Of a stretch of 38,887 bases of DNA, positions 1 through 9,946 are shown piece by piece; the stretch's first letter is position 1, and each line of letters begins with the position of its first letter. The translations under genes were made by a program, and so were the position numbers. The stretch comes from an uncultured Hymenobacter sp. (GTDB taxonomy: Bacteria > Bacteroidota > Bacteroidia > Cytophagales > Hymenobacteraceae), in the NCBI GenBank assembly GCA_964652535.1, contig CAZZDR010000002.1, positions 14,839-53,725 on the forward strand, written 5' to 3'. The notes under the pieces were generated by a model, which worked only from the letters and a program-made list of their open reading frames with translations, had not been told where the DNA came from and made no database searches.

Positions 1-677
1 CCATGCGGGCCCATCACATTGTTGGCAGCCAGCTCCATCTTACCCGGAAACGTGTTCACGTCCAGCGTGAAGGGCTGGGTATAGTTGGGTGCGAGTGGCT
101 GCAAGCCTAGCTGCTTCAGCCGTTCGCGCAGGTAGGTGGCGGCCCGATGCTCACCTTGCTGCACGTAGCCACGGCCGTGCATCTCGGCCGAGGCCAAGGC
201 CTCGATGGTGCGGCGGGCGTGGGCCAGGTCGGGCGTAGTTGGCTGGGCGTGTAGGGGTAGGGCCAGCAGCAGCGCGGCTGCTGCCAGCGGGGCTGGCGGT
301 AACTGCCGCCGCAGGGCCAGCAGCAGCGCTAGCCCCAGCACTGCCCCAATCGTGTCGCTCAGCAAGTCACTCCATTCGGCGTGACGGCCTAGGTGCATGC
401 TGTATTGCAGCACCTCGATGAGTGCCCCAAACGCGATGCAGCCTAGCAGTACCACGCCGGCGGCCCGGCCCCGGAGCCCCGGCTGCTGCCGGGCCCACAG
501 CCACCCCAGGCCGGCCAGCACCGCAAACACGCCCGCGTGCGCGGCTGTGTCAAACGAAAGCAACTTCCAGGCGGGTGTGTCGGGCATGTCCTGGGCCGGC
601 GTGAGCGTGAGCACGAGCATTACGCTCAACCACAGCAGGGTAAGGATGCCGTAAAAACGGGCAGTCAAAAATTTCAT
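1..677 (-). CDS. VanZ-like membrane domain fused in frame to the N-terminus of an M28-family peptidase (partial; runs off the left edge)
   Basis: Not in the ORF track. Manual translation from ATG at 677 is stop-free to base 1. MKFLTARFYG...SFDTAAHAGVFAVL...IEVLQYSMHLGRHAEWSDLLSDTIGAVLG shows the VanZ pattern D-x2-H...E-x2-Q...R...D-x3-D/N-x2-G. It is followed by ARRTIEALASAEMHGRGYVQQGEHRAATYL...YTQPF, typical of an M28 N-terminus. Catalytic residues lie outside the window. Confidence 0.75.
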   Translation of the reverse strand, partial: MKFLTARFYGILTLLWLSVMLVLTLTPAQDMPDTPAWKLLSFDTAAHAGVFAVLAGLGWLWARQQPGLRGRAAGVVLLGCIAFGALIEVLQYSMHLGRHAEWSDLLSDTIGAVLGLALLLALRRQLPPAPLAAAALLLALPLHAQPTTPDLAHARRTIEALASAEMHGRGYVQQGEHRAATYLRERLKQLGLQPLAPNYTQPFTLDVNTFPGKMELAANNVMGPH

Positions 678-696
678 AGGCAAGCGGAGAAAGCGT

Positions 697-738
697 AAAA
701 AAACGTCATGCCGAGCTAGCTCAGCATGACGTTTTTTT
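697..738. terminator. Intrinsic, probably bidirectional terminator downstream of gcvH
   Basis: A7-cgtcatgccgagc-ta-gctcagcatgacg-T7; 13-bp stem with one mismatch. Confidence 0.8.
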
Positions 739-768
739 GTTAAAGCAAGGGGATAGGGCCAGGGCCGG

Positions 769-1149
769 CTACGCGCCAATCAGTTCGCCGTAGGCTTCTG
801 GGGCCAGCAGGTCGGCGAGCTCACCTTGGTCCTTAATTTTCATCTTGATAATCCAGCCCTCGCCGTAGGGGTCGGCGTTAACTGTTTCGGGAGCGTCGGC
901 GAGCTTGCTGTTCACTTCCAACACCGTGCCGCTGATGGGGCTAAACAAGTCCGAAACCGTCTTCACGGCCTCCACCGTGCCAAACACGTCGTGCTGGGCA
1001 ATGTCCTTGTCAACGGTGTCGATGTCCACATACACGATGTCGCCCAGCTCGCGCTGCGCGTGGTCGGTGATGCCGATAGTGGCCGTATCGCCGTCCACGC
1101 TAATCCATTCGTGGTCCTTGGTGTAGTGCAGGGTGGCGGGGATATTCAT
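769..1149 (-). CDS. gcvH: Glycine cleavage system H protein
   Basis: YTKDHEW, GITDHAQRELGDIVYV, lipoyl-Lys motif VEAVKTVSD, VNADPYGEGW. Confidence 0.97.
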   Translation of the reverse strand: MNIPATLHYTKDHEWISVDGDTATIGITDHAQRELGDIVYVDIDTVDKDIAQHDVFGTVEAVKTVSDLFSPISGTVLEVNSKLADAPETVNADPYGEGWIIKMKIKDQGELADLLAPEAYGELIGA

Positions 1150-1207
1150 GCGGTAAATGAGTAAAGGAGTAAGGAGGTAGGTACGCGAGCGTAAACGTGA
1201 TTGGCCG

Positions 1208-1215
1208 CAAAAGTA
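1208..1215 (-). promoter_or_regulatory. Bacteroidota -7 promoter element for gcvH
   Basis: TACTTTTG on the minus strand matches TAnnTTTG, about 60 nt upstream of the ATG. Confidence 0.6.
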
Positions 1216-1277
1216 CGTAGCCGCCCGTGGCTCACCAGCAGCAAGGCCTCGCGGGTAGCTTCACTTAGTGGCTTACC

Positions 1278-4200
1278 CTACTGCAGGCTGTAGCGCAACT
1301 GCAAACCACCCTCGGTGGTAGCGTTGCGGAAGGCGTTGCTCACGCGGGGCTGCGTGATGGTTTGGGTGAAGTAGAATTGTAGGTTGAGGCGGGCATTGAG
1401 TAGGTAGTCGATGGTCGGGCGGAGCTGCATTTGCAGCGAGCCATTCGTAATCTGACTAGTGGCCGTGCCAGGGTCGCCGATGACGGCCTGCGTGCCGATT
1501 ACGGTGCCCGTACCAATAGCCGCCGGCACCGGGTCAATCGAGCCCAGAATGCTGCGCTGAATGGTAGCGTTGTCACGGATGCTCAGGTCAAGGCGGGCCG
1601 TGAGGTTGTTCTTGAGCGTGCGCTGCTCGCCACCCACCCGGAAGGGTAGCTTGAGGCCGGTGGCGGCGTAGCCCAGGCCAATAATCAGCTCGGTCGTGTG
1701 CAGCTCCGTTACCTGGGCATTGGTAATGTTGAGGGCCACGGCGCGGGCCGTGTTGTATTGAATGCGGCCAGTCACATTATTCACCGTCTGAAAGTTAACC
1801 CCGATGAAGGGGGTAAGGCTTTCCACGATGCTCACCTGCCCAATCACGTAGTACGGCACGTATTGCCCGGTCGCGTTTAGCACATAGGGCAAGATGCTGC
1901 CGGTGCCGCCGCCCTGCGTACTAAACTCGGGCTGCGTGGCGTACTGGGTCGAGGTAGTGTAGCCGCCCATGTTATACACCGACGAATACGCGTGATTGAG
2001 GGTGAACGAGCGGAAGACGTTGCGAATGACCGGCAAGTCCGAAAAACCGTTGTACTGCACGGTCCAGTTGGGCAGCGGAATCACGCTGAACGGGTTGAAT
2101 TTCTCCGCCTCGTAGCCATCCGACGACTTGCCGTGGTAGGCATCCAGGAAGCTCTGCAGCAGCACATCCTGCGAGTTGTAGCTGTAGAGGCCCACCGTTT
2201 GGGCAGTTTGCGTCGTCGTTGTGGTGGGCGGTGTGCCCGTGGTTGTGCTCACAATCTGGGTGAAAGTGGGGTTGGCAGCCTGCAACTTTTGCTGCACCAG
2301 GCGCCGGTTCTGCACAAAGCGGTCGAAGGCCTTGCTGGTTTCACCATTAGCGCTTAGGTCGCCAAACAGCGTCTGGATGGTGACGGTGCTCACGCTGTAC
2401 GAGCCGTTGCCCAGCGCCTGAGTGGGGGCCAGGCGGCGGTCACCATAGGGCACCAGCGTACCATACTGCTGGTAATAAGTGTTTGTGGTATCGATAGCAC
2501 TGCGGTAATAAGCCTCGCTGTTTCGCACCTTTTGCCGCCGCAAATCGAGCTGAATGTTGAAGCCCCGGAACGGCTCCAGTGTGGTGCGGGCCGTCAGGTT
2601 TTCAGTTAGGATATTGGAAAGCGGCGTATTCAGGTACTGGCTCTGGCCGGTGTACCAGCCGCGGGCGCTAGCGTAGCCATACAGCTCGCTGGGCTCGTAC
2701 TGCCGGCCAATAATGAACGGTAGGCCAGGCGCCAGGCCGCCAAACCGGTTGTCGAGGCCTACGTATTGCGTGGCCGGCAAGTAGCCCGGCAGCAGCGTGC
2801 CGTTCGAACGGGCGTAAGTGAAGTTGAGGGTACGCGCCGTCATCACGGCCCGCAGCACGGCCTTCACAAAGCGCAACGGGTCTTTTTGGGCAGTGTCGAG
2901 CGCGGTGGGTTTGGGTCGGCCGAGGGGGGTAGGGTTGTTGGGGTCATCTATAGTCGGCCGGGGCGGGTTGGCGGGCGGCGCGTTGTTGATGATGTTCAGA
3001 AACCGGACCTTGTTATAAAGCTTCACCAGGTCAATCTTACCGTTGGCGCTTAGCTCAGCGTTGTTCTGAATGGTGTTGCCCAGGCGCAGTACCGAGTCGC
3101 TGGCCACCACCGGATACGGAATGGTGAGGGCCGTAGAGGCCGCCTGCCAGCTGTAGTGCGCCGAGTAGCGCGTGTCGGCCGACAGCCAGTCGGTGAGCGG
3201 AAACTTGTCCAGCGGCAAGCGGTAGGTAATGGCCGCCGTCTGGTTGAAGTTGGTGGTGCGGCCGCCGCGCTTGAGATTGTCCCACAGCTCGGCCCGGTTA
3301 GCTAGGGCCCGGTCGCTGTTGCCCACGCTCTGGCCCAGGCCCTCGTCAATCACGCCGCGGTTGGTGGCCGTGTAGTCGAAGATGAGCGACTTAGTCAGGT
3401 CCCACTTCAGGTCATAAATCCGGTTGATGTAGAACGACTTGTAGAACACGCCCGCGATGCCCGCCGTGGTAGGTAGGGTGCCCGGCTCGGTCACGCGCTG
3501 CAAAAAGCGCTCGTTGTAGCGCCGGTCGAGGTCGGTGCGGAACGAGAAGCGCGAAGGCAGCGGCGTGAAGTTGACTTGCTGAAAAATCTTGAGGTACGGA
3601 TTGTCCAGAGCCTTGAATTTGGCCAGCGGCGTGTAGTTGCGCGGCGTGGTTTGGTAGATGTAGGCCAGCGCGGCTGTGTACGACTGCGTGTAGTCGCGGG
3701 CCGTGTTGATGTCGGTGTGCAGGCGCTCCGTGATGGCGTAGCTCACGGCCACGTTTTCAATGTCCCAAGGGTGGGTAGTAGTCTGGGTCGGGCCGCGCTC
3801 CTTGCGCACGTTCAGCACCGAAATGCTGCGCGTGGTGGTGCGGTCTACCACCAGGTTTTTGTACTCGGTGGCCGCGTTAGGATTGGTGCTGTTTTGAAAC
3901 TTCTGCAGGCTCTGCTCCAGCTTGGTGTCGGGGTCGAGCGGGTCATATTGCGGCGTGATGGTTTGGCGGCCCAGCTGCACCAGCACCGGCACTCTTAAGT
4001 GCGTTTGGGGGGGGAGGAACTTCTCGGCCGCCACCGTGGCATTCAGGTCGCCGCGCAGCACGTCGCTGGTCGAGCGCTGCTGGGCCTTGTCCTGCAAGCC
4101 CCCGAAGCCCACGCCGACAAACGAGCCGGTAGCCGTGATGTTGGCCAGGTCGGCCAGCTTCACGTTCAGGCGGGCGTTGGCCGCCCAGCCGCCCTGGCTG

Positions 4201-7200
4201 TCGAAGTCAAACACCCGAAACTCGTCGGCCCACAGGCTCACGCTCTTTTCGCTGGCATCGGCTGGGGCCGTGGCTGGGTTCAAGATGCCAATCATGCAGC
4301 CCTGTACCTGCGAAAAGTCGGGGTTACCCAGGATGGTGATGGTGGCCCCATTGGCCAGCGTCTTCACGTAGGGCACCGTGTAGTTTGCCATGCCCTGGCG
4401 GTTGCGCTCAGCCTTCGCATCGATAAAGTCCTGGAAGGACACGTCGATGTTGTTGGCTTCGGGCCACACTTCCAGCTGGGCAGTGGCGCCGGGCCGCGTA
4501 ATAGTGAGGGGCAGCGAATACTCGTAGTAGTTCTGGCTGTAGTCGGTGCCGATGCGGATAAAGCCGCGCACGTCGCCGTCGGCCACAGCAGCCGTGGTGC
4601 TGGCCTCGGCGTGCAGGTACATGCGCAGGCGCTTGTAACGCAGCAGGTTAGTGCTCAAATTTTTGTACGCGGCCTTGGCGTAGCCGTCGCGCAGGCGCGT
4701 TACGGTTAGGCGCAGGCTCTGCTCGTTTTGCTGGCGCGATACGGCCGTCGAGCCGTACTCGATGTCGCGGGTAATGTTAGGTGGCACCACGTACGGAATG
4801 GCGCCCGAGCCGCTGGCGCTGGCCACCGACGGCCCATTTTCTTCCACGCTCACCGTCGAGATGCTGAAGGCATCAGCGTCGGTGTTACTGCCCACGATAG
4901 GGCCAATCTTGGGGTCCGAAATAACGCTTAGGTACTGGCGCCACTGGTTAGCCACAAACTGCGGCTGCACCAAGCGTAGCACTACCGGCTGCTGCCAGTT
5001 GGTCATGTACATCCGCAGAAAGCGGATATTCTTGAAGCCACTGATGCCACCTATCAGCTTCCGGTTATTATTATCATCGCGGAGAGGAATCCGAAACTGG
5101 TACCACGTCACCTGGTCGCCCACCGCCGCACCGTTGGCTGAAATAGGGTTTGTCACCTTGTCGGTGATGTAGTTCTGGCCCACCGTCAGCTGGCCCGGCC
5201 GCAGCCGAATCGAGTACTCGAAGTATTGCTCGGTGGTCTGGATGGTGTTGTCGCGGTTCAGGTCTTCCTTGTCGGGGTAGGCCGTGGAGCTAAGCTGCGA
5301 GTTCTCGGGCGAGTTGTTCTCGTAGTTGTCGTAGTTCTTATAGCGGCCCAGAATTTGGGTGTTGGCTGCGTCGTAGCTCGGGTCGAGGTGGTGGCGGAAG
5401 TCGTCGTTCGAGGGGTCGGCCAGCGCACCGTAGCCCGCTATGTTGTTGTAAAATACCTTCTCATCAGCGTTGGCCAAGCCATCGAGGCCGATGTCCTGGC
5501 TGGTGCGCGCGCCGGGCGCGGCATTGAAGGCATCGGTCAAAAACTGCTGGGTCGTCACCACGCCGTAGGGTGTGGGCTGGGTGCCGCCGGCCGGGTCGCC
5601 CGGTACGGGCAAGCCATTCTCAAACTCGTGCTGGCCCTGGTCGCGCAACACGTCCTCGCTCACGTTGCCCAGGTTGATGATGAAGTCGCCGCCCGTGGTA
5701 TTGTTAACGGCCGGGTTCTCCGAGTCATTTATCTGGCCACGCTCGCCGGGTAGGAACGGGTCCATCATCCAAAACTCCAGGTACTCGACGTTGGAGTTGT
5801 CGAAGTCGGTGTCAAACGTAATGCCCCGCGAGATACCGCCAAACTTGTTATCAGGCCGTTCAGTCGCCGAAAAGCGCCGCCCATCGCCCTGGATATTGGG
5901 CGTGTAATTATACGGCCCGCGTTCGCCAGGGAAGTACGCCATGTCGAAGGTGTACTCAAAGCCGTTGCCCGTCGCCCCCAGGTCCTTGTTCGGAAACACC
6001 TCGTTGCGCGGAATACCGCGGGTGTAGTGGTTGGTCAGCGACTGGCCCGAGATGCCGGGCGGCACGTTGGGCCCGCCCGTGTAATAAGTCTGGTCCACGG
6101 TGTACCACGCCAGCTTGGCGCGGCGGTAGCCATTAGCCAAGCCATTAATTCCACTGCCCACGATGGGGGTAGGGGTGGCCGCTAGGCGCCACGCCGGAAT
6201 GGCGGCCAGCCCGCCCAGCGTGTAGGGTGTGCGGGCATTCTCGAAGTCGTCGAGGTAGCTCACGCCATTCTCGCCACGTCCTAGCTGGGCCCGCCCCGCA
6301 ATCAGCTTGGCCACTTCGCCGCTAAAGGCAATCGTCGAGATTTCTTTGGTCGCCAGGAAGGGTAGGCGGTCCACGAGCTTAGTCAGCACGCGGCTGTCTT
6401 TGCGCAAGCTCAGGTCGGCACCTAGGATGGTGTTGTTGGCCGGCTCGTCGCCGATGTTTACCCGGTTGATGCCCGGCGCCTGGTTTTCCAGGATGTGCAT
6501 GGCCGTGGCGCCCAGCAGCACGTCCTTGTTCAGGGCGTAGTCGAAGCGGGCGCCCAGCAGCTTGCGCGGCTGCACCTGCACCAAGGCGTTTTTCTCAAAT
6601 GCCACCCGCAGCTCGTTGGCCGAGTTGAGGTAGGCCGGGTTCAGAATCTTGACCTTGGCCTGGTCGTAAAATACCTGGTAGTCGACCCCCTCCGTCAGCA
6701 GCGTCGAGCCCGCGTACACCTTCACCGAACCCTGCGCCACCCCAATGCCGGGCAGGCTGATTTCGTCGGTGCTGGTGCCCTGGTAGCGGCCGCGCAAAAA
6801 GAACTTGTCCTTGGTTTGGATTTGCTGGGCGTCGCTCTGGGTCTGGTTATACAGCTCCTGATACACGTATTTCTGCACCAGCGCCTGCTCGCCAGGCACA
6901 AACTGGTTTTGCAGATACGTGCCAAACGGCTGCACGCTGGGGAAGATGATCTTGCCCAGCTCAGGGTCGATGGTGATGCCCGGAAAGTAGTCGAAGTTGC
7001 CGTCGGCGTTGCGGTCGTTGTTAGCATTCACGCGGTCCAGCCCCAGCACCTGAATCAGCGGAATGTTCCGGATATTCTGCCCTTCCTTCAGCGAAATCAA
7101 GTCTACCCCCGTGATGTCGTCCTTATAAATCAGCTGCAGCTGAAAGTTGTCGCGGTTTATCTGCGAGGTATTCAAGGGATAGATGTTTTTCATCATCAAA

Positions 7201-8942
7201 TCCCAGGTTGGCGTGTTGTGGGTCAGCAGGTTCGGGTTGTCCGGGTTCACGGTCGGGTCAGCCACACCCACACCGGGGTTGGTGGCTTTCAGCATCTTGA
7301 GGTAGATGACGTCGCTCTGGTTGGCGTTGCTGCCGTACTCGGTCTGGGTTTCGCCCACCGTGTAGGGCTTGCCGTTGTAGAGGTACTCGTAGCTCACGGC
7401 CAGCACCTGGTCGGGCAGCAGGGCCGTGTTCAGGTTCACGTAGCCGAGCTGGGCGTTGAAGGTGTACTCGCGCGGGTCGAGCTTGCGGGCCCGCATCCGC
7501 TCGTAGTCAATGCCTTTTGTCAGCGAAACTGGCTGGCTGCTGGGCGGGTTCAGGCTGCTCAAAAACGTCTCTACCTGCAAGTTATCGCGGGTGCTGCCGG
7601 GGGCAGTCAGCGTTTGGTACACGTAGTTGGCCTGGTTGCGAACCGGGGTGGCCACCGTGGCCGCGCTGGCAGTGTTGTAGAACTGCGGCCGGTAAAGGCG
7701 CTCTTTACGAGGCTCGGCCAAGTCCATCAGGGCCACCACGTTGCGTAGGTTGTCGGTGGTGCGGTTGTCGTTGGTTACCCACACTTCGAGGCGCCGAATC
7801 TCGAAGCCGCTCTGCACCGTGGGCAATCCGCGTAGCGCCTGGTCGTACTTATCCCGAAAAAACTGCGATAAGAAGTAGTGCCGGTCGCGCTCGTACTGGC
7901 TGGCTTTCAGCTCGAAGGTGCGGCTCTGGGCACCGTTTTGCACCCGCACCTCGTCCTGCGAGCCGCGCAGGGTAGCGGCCACCGCCGTCACCCCGAGCCG
8001 CCCAAACTGCAGCTGCGTCTTGATGCCGAACAGGTTGGAGCCGCCCGTTATCAGCGAGTTGTTCAGGGGCATGCTCACGTTGCCGAGGTCCAGCTTGCGC
8101 AGGATGTCGGTGGGCTGCCCGGCGTAGTCAAACTTCATCTGGTTGTCGAAGTCGAACGCCGCTTTGGTGTCGTAGTTAAACGTGAGCTTAAGCTTGGTGC
8201 CGACCTGGCCGCTCAAACTCAGGTTCATGTTTTGGTCAAAAATGAAGTCGCCCACGCTCTGCTGGCGCAGCGTTAGGGCGGGGTTGCGGTTCACGTTGTA
8301 TTTGGCCCCGGCCCGCAGCGTAAGCGAGCCCGCCGGCCGAATATCAATGTAGGAGCCGCCAAAAATGCGGTCTGCAATCGGGCCTAGGTAGATTTTTGGA
8401 ATCAGGCGCTGGGCCTGCGGGCTGCCGGGCGCGGCGGGGGCACCGGCCACGCCGCCCATCGCCTTCTGCCGGTAGTAGTCGTTGATGGCCTGTCGCTCCT
8501 GGTACTTCAGCAGCTCTTCCTGCGAGATAACGGTGGGGTTGCGGTAATCAATCTGGCCGCCTACTGTTTCGCGCACGCTGTAGTTTTTGAGGCTGTCGTC
8601 GGGCGTCACCTCCAGCTTCACGTTCTTGGGCAGGGGTAGGATGAGCGGCGAGCGGCGCCCGCGCGGCGAAAACCGGCTGCCCTGGCGGTCGCGCACGGTG
8701 CGCAGGCGTGGCCGGCGGCTGGGCTGGTAGCGGCCCGTATCGGCCGGCACCGTTTGGCTAGGCAGGCCCTGCATCTGCAACCCCAACCGGCTGACCCACG
8801 TAGACCACGCAGCTGGGTAGCGCCGCCCAGCCGCACCGGCTGGCGCCCATGTAGCCGCCAGTAGCACCGACGAGACTACCGCCGCCGCTAACAGCGCACC
8901 GGGGGTAGTGAGTTTAGAACCGACTGACAGTAGAGACTTCAA
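1278..8942 (-). CDS. sprA: Type IX secretion system outer-membrane translocon SprA/Sov
   Basis: 2554 aa; FDFDNQMK, GNVSMPLNNSLITG, NLFGIKTQLQFGRL, SYLDDFE, YRRAKLAWY, NLGNVSEDVLRD, WYQFRIP, WADEFRV motifs; ruvA-sprA-gcvH synteny typical of Bacteroidota. The TTG start is uncertain. Confidence 0.95.
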   Translation of the reverse strand: MKSLLSVGSKLTTPGALLAAAVVSSVLLAATWAPAGAAGRRYPAAWSTWVSRLGLQMQGLPSQTVPADTGRYQPSRRPRLRTVRDRQGSRFSPRGRRSPLILPLPKNVKLEVTPDDSLKNYSVRETVGGQIDYRNPTVISQEELLKYQERQAINDYYRQKAMGGVAGAPAAPGSPQAQRLIPKIYLGPIADRIFGGSYIDIRPAGSLTLRAGAKYNVNRNPALTLRQQSVGDFIFDQNMNLSLSGQVGTKLKLTFNYDTKAAFDFDNQMKFDYAGQPTDILRKLDLGNVSMPLNNSLITGGSNLFGIKTQLQFGRLGVTAVAATLRGSQDEVRVQNGAQSRTFELKASQYERDRHYFLSQFFRDKYDQALRGLPTVQSGFEIRRLEVWVTNDNRTTDNLRNVVALMDLAEPRKERLYRPQFYNTASAATVATPVRNQANYVYQTLTAPGSTRDNLQVETFLSSLNPPSSQPVSLTKGIDYERMRARKLDPREYTFNAQLGYVNLNTALLPDQVLAVSYEYLYNGKPYTVGETQTEYGSNANQSDVIYLKMLKATNPGVGVADPTVNPDNPNLLTHNTPTWDLMMKNIYPLNTSQINRDNFQLQLIYKDDITGVDLISLKEGQNIRNIPLIQVLGLDRVNANNDRNADGNFDYFPGITIDPELGKIIFPSVQPFGTYLQNQFVPGEQALVQKYVYQELYNQTQSDAQQIQTKDKFFLRGRYQGTSTDEISLPGIGVAQGSVKVYAGSTLLTEGVDYQVFYDQAKVKILNPAYLNSANELRVAFEKNALVQVQPRKLLGARFDYALNKDVLLGATAMHILENQAPGINRVNIGDEPANNTILGADLSLRKDSRVLTKLVDRLPFLATKEISTIAFSGEVAKLIAGRAQLGRGENGVSYLDDFENARTPYTLGGLAAIPAWRLAATPTPIVGSGINGLANGYRRAKLAWYTVDQTYYTGGPNVPPGISGQSLTNHYTRGIPRNEVFPNKDLGATGNGFEYTFDMAYFPGERGPYNYTPNIQGDGRRFSATERPDNKFGGISRGITFDTDFDNSNVEYLEFWMMDPFLPGERGQINDSENPAVNNTTGGDFIINLGNVSEDVLRDQGQHEFENGLPVPGDPAGGTQPTPYGVVTTQQFLTDAFNAAPGARTSQDIGLDGLANADEKVFYNNIAGYGALADPSNDDFRHHLDPSYDAANTQILGRYKNYDNYENNSPENSQLSSTAYPDKEDLNRDNTIQTTEQYFEYSIRLRPGQLTVGQNYITDKVTNPISANGAAVGDQVTWYQFRIPLRDDNNNRKLIGGISGFKNIRFLRMYMTNWQQPVVLRLVQPQFVANQWRQYLSVISDPKIGPIVGSNTDADAFSISTVSVEENGPSVASASGSGAIPYVVPPNITRDIEYGSTAVSRQQNEQSLRLTVTRLRDGYAKAAYKNLSTNLLRYKRLRMYLHAEASTTAAVADGDVRGFIRIGTDYSQNYYEYSLPLTITRPGATAQLEVWPEANNIDVSFQDFIDAKAERNRQGMANYTVPYVKTLANGATITILGNPDFSQVQGCMIGILNPATAPADASEKSVSLWADEFRVFDFDSQGGWAANARLNVKLADLANITATGSFVGVGFGGLQDKAQQRSTSDVLRGDLNATVAAEKFLPPQTHLRVPVLVQLGRQTITPQYDPLDPDTKLEQSLQKFQNSTNPNAATEYKNLVVDRTTTRSISVLNVRKERGPTQTTTHPWDIENVAVSYAITERLHTDINTARDYTQSYTAALAYIYQTTPRNYTPLAKFKALDNPYLKIFQQVNFTPLPSRFSFRTDLDRRYNERFLQRVTEPGTLPTTAGIAGVFYKSFYINRIYDLKWDLTKSLIFDYTATNRGVIDEGLGQSVGNSDRALANRAELWDNLKRGGRTTNFNQTAAITYRLPLDKFPLTDWLSADTRYSAHYSWQAASTALTIPYPVVASDSVLRLGNTIQNNAELSANGKIDLVKLYNKVRFLNIINNAPPANPPRPTIDDPNNPTPLGRPKPTALDTAQKDPLRFVKAVLRAVMTARTLNFTYARSNGTLLPGYLPATQYVGLDNRFGGLAPGLPFIIGRQYEPSELYGYASARGWYTGQSQYLNTPLSNILTENLTARTTLEPFRGFNIQLDLRRQKVRNSEAYYRSAIDTTNTYYQQYGTLVPYGDRRLAPTQALGNGSYSVSTVTIQTLFGDLSANGETSKAFDRFVQNRRLVQQKLQAANPTFTQIVSTTTGTPPTTTTTQTAQTVGLYSYNSQDVLLQSFLDAYHGKSSDGYEAEKFNPFSVIPLPNWTVQYNGFSDLPVIRNVFRSFTLNHAYSSVYNMGGYTTSTQYATQPEFSTQGGGTGSILPYVLNATGQYVPYYVIGQVSIVESLTPFIGVNFQTVNNVTGRIQYNTARAVALNITNAQVTELHTTELIIGLGYAATGLKLPFRVGGEQRTLKNNLTARLDLSIRDNATIQRSILGSIDPVPAAIGTGTVIGTQAVIGDPGTATSQITNGSLQMQLRPTIDYLLNARLNLQFYFTQTITQPRVSNAFRNATTEGGLQLRYSLQ

Positions 8943-9165
8943 GCAGATAGCAGGTATGATAGCCGAAGGCTACCAACTGAAGAGTATATTCTGGTAAGTT
9001 TTGGTTGCTTTTTGGGCAGCTCAAGTATTTGCTCGCAAAGCGGTTATCTGAGATTAGCGCAAGCAGCGTCTACTCAGCGCACCGAGGTGGACCAAGTAGT
9101 TTTTAGTTGAGGCAAGTGCCTCATGCCGCCTACCATAGTTACTATCAGTAGTTGGCCACCATACT

Positions 9166-9771
9166 TTAGTGCGACTTCAGGGCGTATTTGATTAGCTCTT
9201 CCACGCTTAGCTCCTGGCCATGCTTATGCTGAATCTGGTCTAAATTCTTTTCGGCGGCGGCCCGGGCAAAGCCTAGCATTACTAGCGCTTGCAACGCCTC
9301 TTGGCGCTGGGTATTGTGCTGGCGCGCCAGCGGCACAGTGTCTACACCGGCTTTAGCCAGCAGCTCGTCCTTGCGCAGCTTGTCGCGCAAGTCCAGAATT
9401 ACGCGGGCCGCCGTCTTGGGTCCTACCCCCTTAATGCTCTGGATAGCTCGCACATCCTCATTCACGATGGCCTGCCGAATTTCGCCTACCCCCATGCTGC
9501 TCACCATGTTGATGCCTGTGCCCGGCCCAATGCCCGATACCGATATCAAATGCAAAAACAGCGCTTTCTCGCTAGGGTCCAAGAAGCCGTAGAGCGTTTG
9601 TCCATCTTCCTTAATGTGCTGGAAGGTATACACCTTCACCTTGTCATTTTCGCCCGGCAGCTTGGAGTAGGTAGCCAGCGAAATCTTTACTTCGTAGCCT
9701 ACCCCCCCCGTGTCGATGATAGCTTGGGTAGGGTCTTTGTAGGCGAGTTTACCGTCGAGGTAGGCAATCAT
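9166..9771 (-). CDS. ruvA: Holliday junction branch migration protein RuvA
   Basis: MIAYLDGKL, GGVGYEV, LYGF, ISVSGIGP, IKGVGPKTAARVILDL, EALQALVMLGF; start moved to ATG 9771. Confidence 0.97.
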   Translation of the reverse strand: MIAYLDGKLAYKDPTQAIIDTGGVGYEVKISLATYSKLPGENDKVKVYTFQHIKEDGQTLYGFLDPSEKALFLHLISVSGIGPGTGINMVSSMGVGEIRQAIVNEDVRAIQSIKGVGPKTAARVILDLRDKLRKDELLAKAGVDTVPLARQHNTQRQEALQALVMLGFARAAAEKNLDQIQHKHGQELSVEELIKYALKSH

Positions 9772-9833
9772 GGGTGGTAGGGTGAGGCGAAACAGCAAAC
9801 ACACAGCGCGGGGCTAAGCCGCCGGCCGGTACT

Positions 9834-9908
9834 AAAAAAAGAAGGAGTGAGGAGGCGAAGTAGCGGAAAAACTTTTTCCGACTACTCACTAGCCACCTTC
9901 ACTCCTTC
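9834..9908 (-). terminator. Long compound hairpin with U-tract between maeB and ruvA
   Basis: gaaggagtga (9841-50) pairs with tcactccttc (9899-908); inner agtag-cggaaaa...ttttccg-actact stem; A7 at 9834-40 reads as U7 on the minus strand. Confidence 0.6.
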
Positions 9909-9946
9909 AAAAATAACATGCAAACCTCATCCCCCAAGCGCGGCGG

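Noticed and set aside
239..654. Three short plus-strand ORFs
   Set aside because: Antisense to the VanZ-peptidase frame
1157..1182. Purine-rich gagtaaag/gagtaag/gaggtag run upstream of gcvH, loosely similar to 9842-9860
   Set aside because: Short and degenerate; most simply a pyrimidine-rich unstructured leader on the minus strand
6495..7748. 417-aa plus-strand ORF and other long antisense ORFs (3999-4709, 23504-24217, 24680-25681, 26219-27115, 38000-38551)
   Set aside because: Shadow frames opposite well-supported genes, expected with high GC3 or low complexity; no recognisable motifs
9166..9771. ruvA without adjacent ruvB/ruvC
   Set aside because: Usual arrangement in Bacteroidota (maeB-ruvA-sprA-gcvH)
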